Under the pieces are notes generated by a model. The model saw only the letters and a list, made by a program, of their open reading frames with translations. It was not told where the DNA came from and did no database searches. DNA of 64,000 nt from a virus, in the IMG/VR virus record IMGVR_UViG_3300049484_000260, positions 2,806 through 66,805 of that record. One strand, given 5' to 3'. A program made the translations under genes and the position numbers. Positions 60,338 through 64,000 of the stretch are shown here, in pieces. The stretch's first letter is position 1. Each line of letters opens with the position of its first letter.

Positions 60338-61923
60338 ATAGACGTGGCTTGGTTGAGAGCAAGGGTTGCAGCATTTACATACTGAACTAATGAATCGTAC
60401 TCTTGTCTAACCTTCGGAACCATAGACGAGACATACGCCTTAAGTGCGTCATTGTCGCTAAACCCATGTTTACGTACCTGTGCCTCTAAATCAGCAATTA
60501 CGCTCTCCTCATGCCGCTTACGCTCCATTACCACGGCATATTGCTGTTGTAATGAGGCTACTGATTTTTGTAGTAACTCTATTTCAGCTACCGTAGGCAG
60601 TTCTGCTTGTGACATACTTCCTCCTCTTGATGCACCACATAGTGGGCATATAGTGTATTTACTCAGTTGACGAGTAACTGATGAAATCTCCCCTGCAATA
60701 CATGACTCCTTACTCTCTAAATCTCGCAATGCGTGCATAGCGATGCGCATCTTATGTATAATACCTATAAAGAACCATAGTCTGCTTGTAGATGATCGTA
60801 ATAAATCAACTTCAGATGACACACGATTAAAACACACCCCCGATACTGTGGATAATGTAGCATCTAATCTCCTCCTCCTTCCTTCTATAAGGGAGGAGAG
60901 CGAGATAATGCTTATAGCATTTAATATCTCGCGTAGTATTGTCGATGTTTTAGTTATTTCAGCTAATGACGGGATAGATGTGAACCTCGTATATTCAGCA
61001 TATTTACAAGACAGTTCATCATGTAATTTGCTGACCGCAGATATGGTTCTTACTTCTTCCGCAACTTGTGACACTGTGTCATATACAGAAGGTTTAATGC
61101 GCACGGCTGATAAACAATCAAGGTTTCTCCGGGAGGTTTGTATATCTCGCGCAATTCTTGCAGCCTCCATATACTTAACCATTTGACACAACGAATCTCC
61201 TATATCCTTAACACCATCTACTGCTGACTTTTTTGCTTCAATCTTATGACTGAGAGAGATGTAGGAATTTATGGTCTCAATGTCATCGAGTAAACTTACA
61301 GCTTTTGCGCGTAGGTTTACAGAGTCTTCATATACTATACCCGCCGCCGAGATACCTTCCCATCGTGACGATATGTGGGTAAATATTGCTTCTTTACTTT
61401 GCTTTACTGATAGAGCTTCTTTTAAATCGGTAAACACCTCCTTACGCATATCAGGTAGCCTATCATAGGTACTGAATGATAGGATGAGATTAAATAACAT
61501 CGAGCTTGATACGTCATCACCAAGCGCAAACAATGAAGAAAGTTGTCGCTGAAATTGAGGAAAGAACGTACTATTCTCGATTTGCTGTGGAGCAAACCCG
61601 ATTATCTGAAGCAATGATATAGGGATGGTTCTCCCTATCTTTTCGTGTATGATATCATCAATAGTTATTTGGTGTGACCCATCTCGACTACCAACACACC
61701 CCTTACCCCACATCCATACATGGTCACCAGTATCCAATACTACTTCTGCCCTGGTGGCCCCGAACTTAACATAATCGGAGGGGACTGTGAGATATAGAGA
61801 CGATAATATAGCCCGTATAAATGAACTCTTACCGGAATGTGTCGGGCCGAGGAGGAGAGTGAACCCCGACACAGTTATCGTAGCGTCAGACACTCCTTGA
61901 AAATTTATAACTCTAATCTTCAT
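60334..61923 (-). CDS. sbcC: SbcC/Rad50-like ATPase, N-terminal half with Zn hook
   Basis: Start MKIRVINFQG at 61923; Walker A GPTHSGKS, Q-loop region FQRQ, coiled coil, CPLC hook. Confidence 0.82.
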   Translation of the reverse strand: MKIRVINFQGVSDATITVSGFTLLLGPTHSGKSSFIRAILSSLYLTVPSDYVKFGATRAEVVLDTGDHVWMWGKGCVGSRDGSHQITIDDIIHEKIGRTIPISLLQIIGFAPQQIENSTFFPQFQRQLSSLFALGDDVSSSMLFNLILSFSTYDRLPDMRKEVFTDLKEALSVKQSKEAIFTHISSRWEGISAAGIVYEDSVNLRAKAVSLLDDIETINSYISLSHKIEAKKSAVDGVKDIGDSLCQMVKYMEAARIARDIQTSRRNLDCLSAVRIKPSVYDTVSQVAEEVRTISAVSKLHDELSCKYAEYTRFTSIPSLAEITKTSTILREILNAISIISLSSLIEGRRRRLDATLSTVSGVCFNRVSSEVDLLRSSTSRLWFFIGIIHKMRIAMHALRDLESKESCIAGEISSVTRQLSKYTICPLCGASRGGSMSQAELPTVAEIELLQKSVASLQQQYAVVMERKRHEESVIADLEAQVRKHGFSDNDALKAYVSSMVPKVRQEYDSLVQYVNAATLALNQATSI

Positions 61924-62992
61924 CGTGACCACCCACAGAGTCAGTGTCTGATGTCTTAACACATCCAGCCGATCCTGCCGCGTCTGAAATCCCTTGTACA
62001 TCATCCTGTATGGGTGTACCAAGAACTAACTGAGAAAGATATCCGAAGTTAGCTCTGATAACGTCTGAAAGCTCTTTCAAACCCTGTGCTTTAACGTCGA
62101 GTTCGGGAGTTTCTAAGTGAAACCAAGCACAATTCTGAGTGAGGAACCCCTTCTCCATGAGAATACCCTGAATATAGGCCGCGTTGCTTATGCCGTATCC
62201 AAAATAGATACACGCAGTACGAACGACTGCCTTCCCGAACCGACTCTTATCAGTGGTCAGAGCTATTTTAGCACCGATGGGCGGAAGTTTTATCTTGTCT
62301 GTAGATATCGCGTTGCTATTCTGAATGCTCCCGATTATGCGCATATTTATACGCACAGACGGGTAATACTCTACAGCAAGACCTCCTGACCCCTTTACTT
62401 TAGATAGTCCTTTCGTGATCTTAGTCCTCTGCTGATTTATAAGAACTACAGTCACCCCATGTAGCCCACACTTAGTGCATAACTGCTTAACAAACACACT
62501 CTGTGTTCCTGAATCAGTAAATCCGTAAACCTTCTCTACGTCTGTAGCACTCAACATCTTACTCGACATCAGGGCAGTTATACTGTCGATAATGATAATC
62601 GAAGGCTTGAGCTTAATAAGCTCATCAAGGGTGGGAGCTAACTTCGAGTACACATTCTCACGTAAAATGAAGAATGATGTATCGAGATATGCAAACAATC
62701 CAGCCCCCTCAAGCTGTGAATCAGTTACCCCTCTCTCTGCATCAACATATATAGCGAAATTACCTTTAGCACAAAGGTTTCTGCATATCTGAAGAAAGAG
62801 AGTTGACTTCCCTACCCCTGATTGTGATGACACCTCAATCAAAATACCGACCGGGAGTCCGTGACCGTCAAACAGGGCATCAAAGGGAAGAACGTCGGTC
62901 TTAACGTACCGCGTCCTTTCATATCCAGAAGATGTAGCAGTGTTTGTTTTCAACACCTTCATAAAAGACGCAGCTATATCGCTCTGAGTCAT
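61913..62992 (-). CDS. recA: RecA/UvsX-like recombinase
   Basis: GLPVG, Walker A SQSGVGKST, YVDAE, IIIDSI, LINQQR, SGGLAVEYY. Confidence 0.92.
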   Translation of the reverse strand: MTQSDIAASFMKVLKTNTATSSGYERTRYVKTDVLPFDALFDGHGLPVGILIEVSSQSGVGKSTLFLQICRNLCAKGNFAIYVDAERGVTDSQLEGAGLFAYLDTSFFILRENVYSKLAPTLDELIKLKPSIIIIDSITALMSSKMLSATDVEKVYGFTDSGTQSVFVKQLCTKCGLHGVTVVLINQQRTKITKGLSKVKGSGGLAVEYYPSVRINMRIIGSIQNSNAISTDKIKLPPIGAKIALTTDKSRFGKAVVRTACIYFGYGISNAAYIQGILMEKGFLTQNCAWFHLETPELDVKAQGLKELSDVIRANFGYLSQLVLGTPIQDDVQGISDAAGSAGCVKTSDTDSVGGHDED

Positions 62993-63019
62993 AGCATTTC
63001 TAAGATTGAGTTGATTATA

Positions 63020-63042
63020 AAGCAGCCCATTATGGGCTGCTT
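63020..63042 (-). terminator. Intrinsic terminator-like hairpin
   Basis: AAGCAGCCCA-taa-TGGGCTGCTT followed by TATAAT on the minus strand. Confidence 0.6.
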
Positions 63043-63086
63043 CTCAGGAGTGAATCTATCTACAGTACTACTCGTGCTGCCAATCT

Positions 63087-64000
63087 CTACTTGTACTGCT
63101 GCTGATACGGATGCGCGAACTGCTGAGGAGTCTGCTGAGTCTGCTGAGTCTGCATCGAGAGCATCCTACCGTGATGAACGAGTCCAGCCAGCTCATCTTG
63201 GTTCTGGAAATATTTTATAGCGAACGGATCGGCTATATGCTCCTTGATAGCTTCATATCTCCTCCGTGCGGCCTCTACCACGGAAAACATATCCTCACGC
63301 AAATTACCTACGGCAGTAATTGATTTGGAGCGAAATACGTAGTCCGTACTCGCGATCCCGTACAGGTAATTCATCATGTCGTTACCGTAGGCCTTAATCG
63401 CTTTTAAGGCCTGATAATTCATACTGCTGAACTGAATTACCCCGATCTTGGGATCATAAGGAAGAAGTGGAAGACCTTTTGCATCGGTAGCAAAAACGAT
63501 AACGGCGACAAGGTATCGTGAGGGGGGAGACCCTTTAGAGTCGAGCTTACAACACATACCTCGTGTACATGCAACGTTACGAATTCCCGGAAGTCTGAAC
63601 TTATGATATCGTACCTCAACATCTTCAGAACCTGCAAGAGCACATAATATATTCTGCCCTGGTGCAGGCTCGATATAAGGAATGAGATATTGCCCTTCAC
63701 CATCATCCCCCAGCTTCCTGAAAACAGGGACATACGCCGCTGTATTCGATGCGGGTGCCTCGAATGACGACGGCGGCATAGACCCGGCATACAGCGCAGG
63801 ATTCATCGCTTGATTAAATTGCTGGGCTGGCGGTACAAACGGCTGCGCCGTTGGAGCGAATTGCTGGGCTGGTGGTACAAACGGCTGCGCCGTTGGAGCG
63901 AATTGCTGGGCTGGTGGTACAAACGGCTGCGCCGTTGGAGCGAATTGCTGGGCTGGTGGTACAAACGGCTGCGCCGTTGGAGCGAATTGCTGGGCTGGTG
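63087..64000 (-). CDS. Putative single-stranded DNA-binding protein (gp32-like), 5'-truncated by window edge
   Basis: Frame open upstream of 63806 to the edge; core YHKF...VACTRGMCC...RYLVAVIVF; directly upstream of recA. Confidence 0.5.
   Translation of the reverse strand, partial: PAQQFAPTAQPFVPPAQQFAPTAQPFVPPAQQFAPTAQPFVPPAQQFAPTAQPFVPPAQQFNQAMNPALYAGSMPPSSFEAPASNTAAYVPVFRKLGDDGEGQYLIPYIEPAPGQNILCALAGSEDVEVRYHKFRLPGIRNVACTRGMCCKLDSKGSPPSRYLVAVIVFATDAKGLPLLPYDPKIGVIQFSSMNYQALKAIKAYGNDMMNYLYGIASTDYVFRSKSITAVGNLREDMFSVVEAARRRYEAIKEHIADPFAIKYFQNQDELAGLVHHGRMLSMQTQQTQQTPQQFAHPYQQQYK
63817..64000. repeat. 42-bp tandem repeat (>4 copies, runs off window) encoding PPAQQFAPTAQPFV
   Basis: aattgctgggctggtggtacaaacggctgcgccgttggagcg at 63817, 63859, 63901, 63943, 63985. 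Confidence 0.95.

Overview
The whole window is part of a large tailed dsDNA phage genome, apparently siphovirus-type (HK97-fold capsid, TP901-type tape measure, no sheath seen). Every credible gene is on the minus strand. In transcription order (right to left) it holds five modules. (1) Replication/recombination: putative SSB with Pro/Gln repeats, RecA/UvsX, split SbcC, SbcD, putative beta clamp, endonuclease VII, Toprim primase-like protein. (2) A ~10 kb tandem array of nine free-standing, splicing-dead intein paralogues (Hint folds plus a degenerate LAGLIDADG half-domain), ending at a DnaX-like clamp loader gene that carries an intact intein of the same family. (3) A sigma-region-2/Mor-like fusion and the terminases. 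(4) A portal-MuF-putative ADP-ribosyltransferase fusion, then head and tail genes, including a G/GT -1 frameshift, a CAP-domain tail protein and three Kelch proteins. (5) A pseudo-receiver, a membrane protein and a lipoprotein at the left edge. The intein-paralogue cassette array, with shared stop/hairpin/RBS junction repeats and alternating A/B subtypes, is the best candidate for an undescribed system. All calls come from motif reading by eye; no searches were run.
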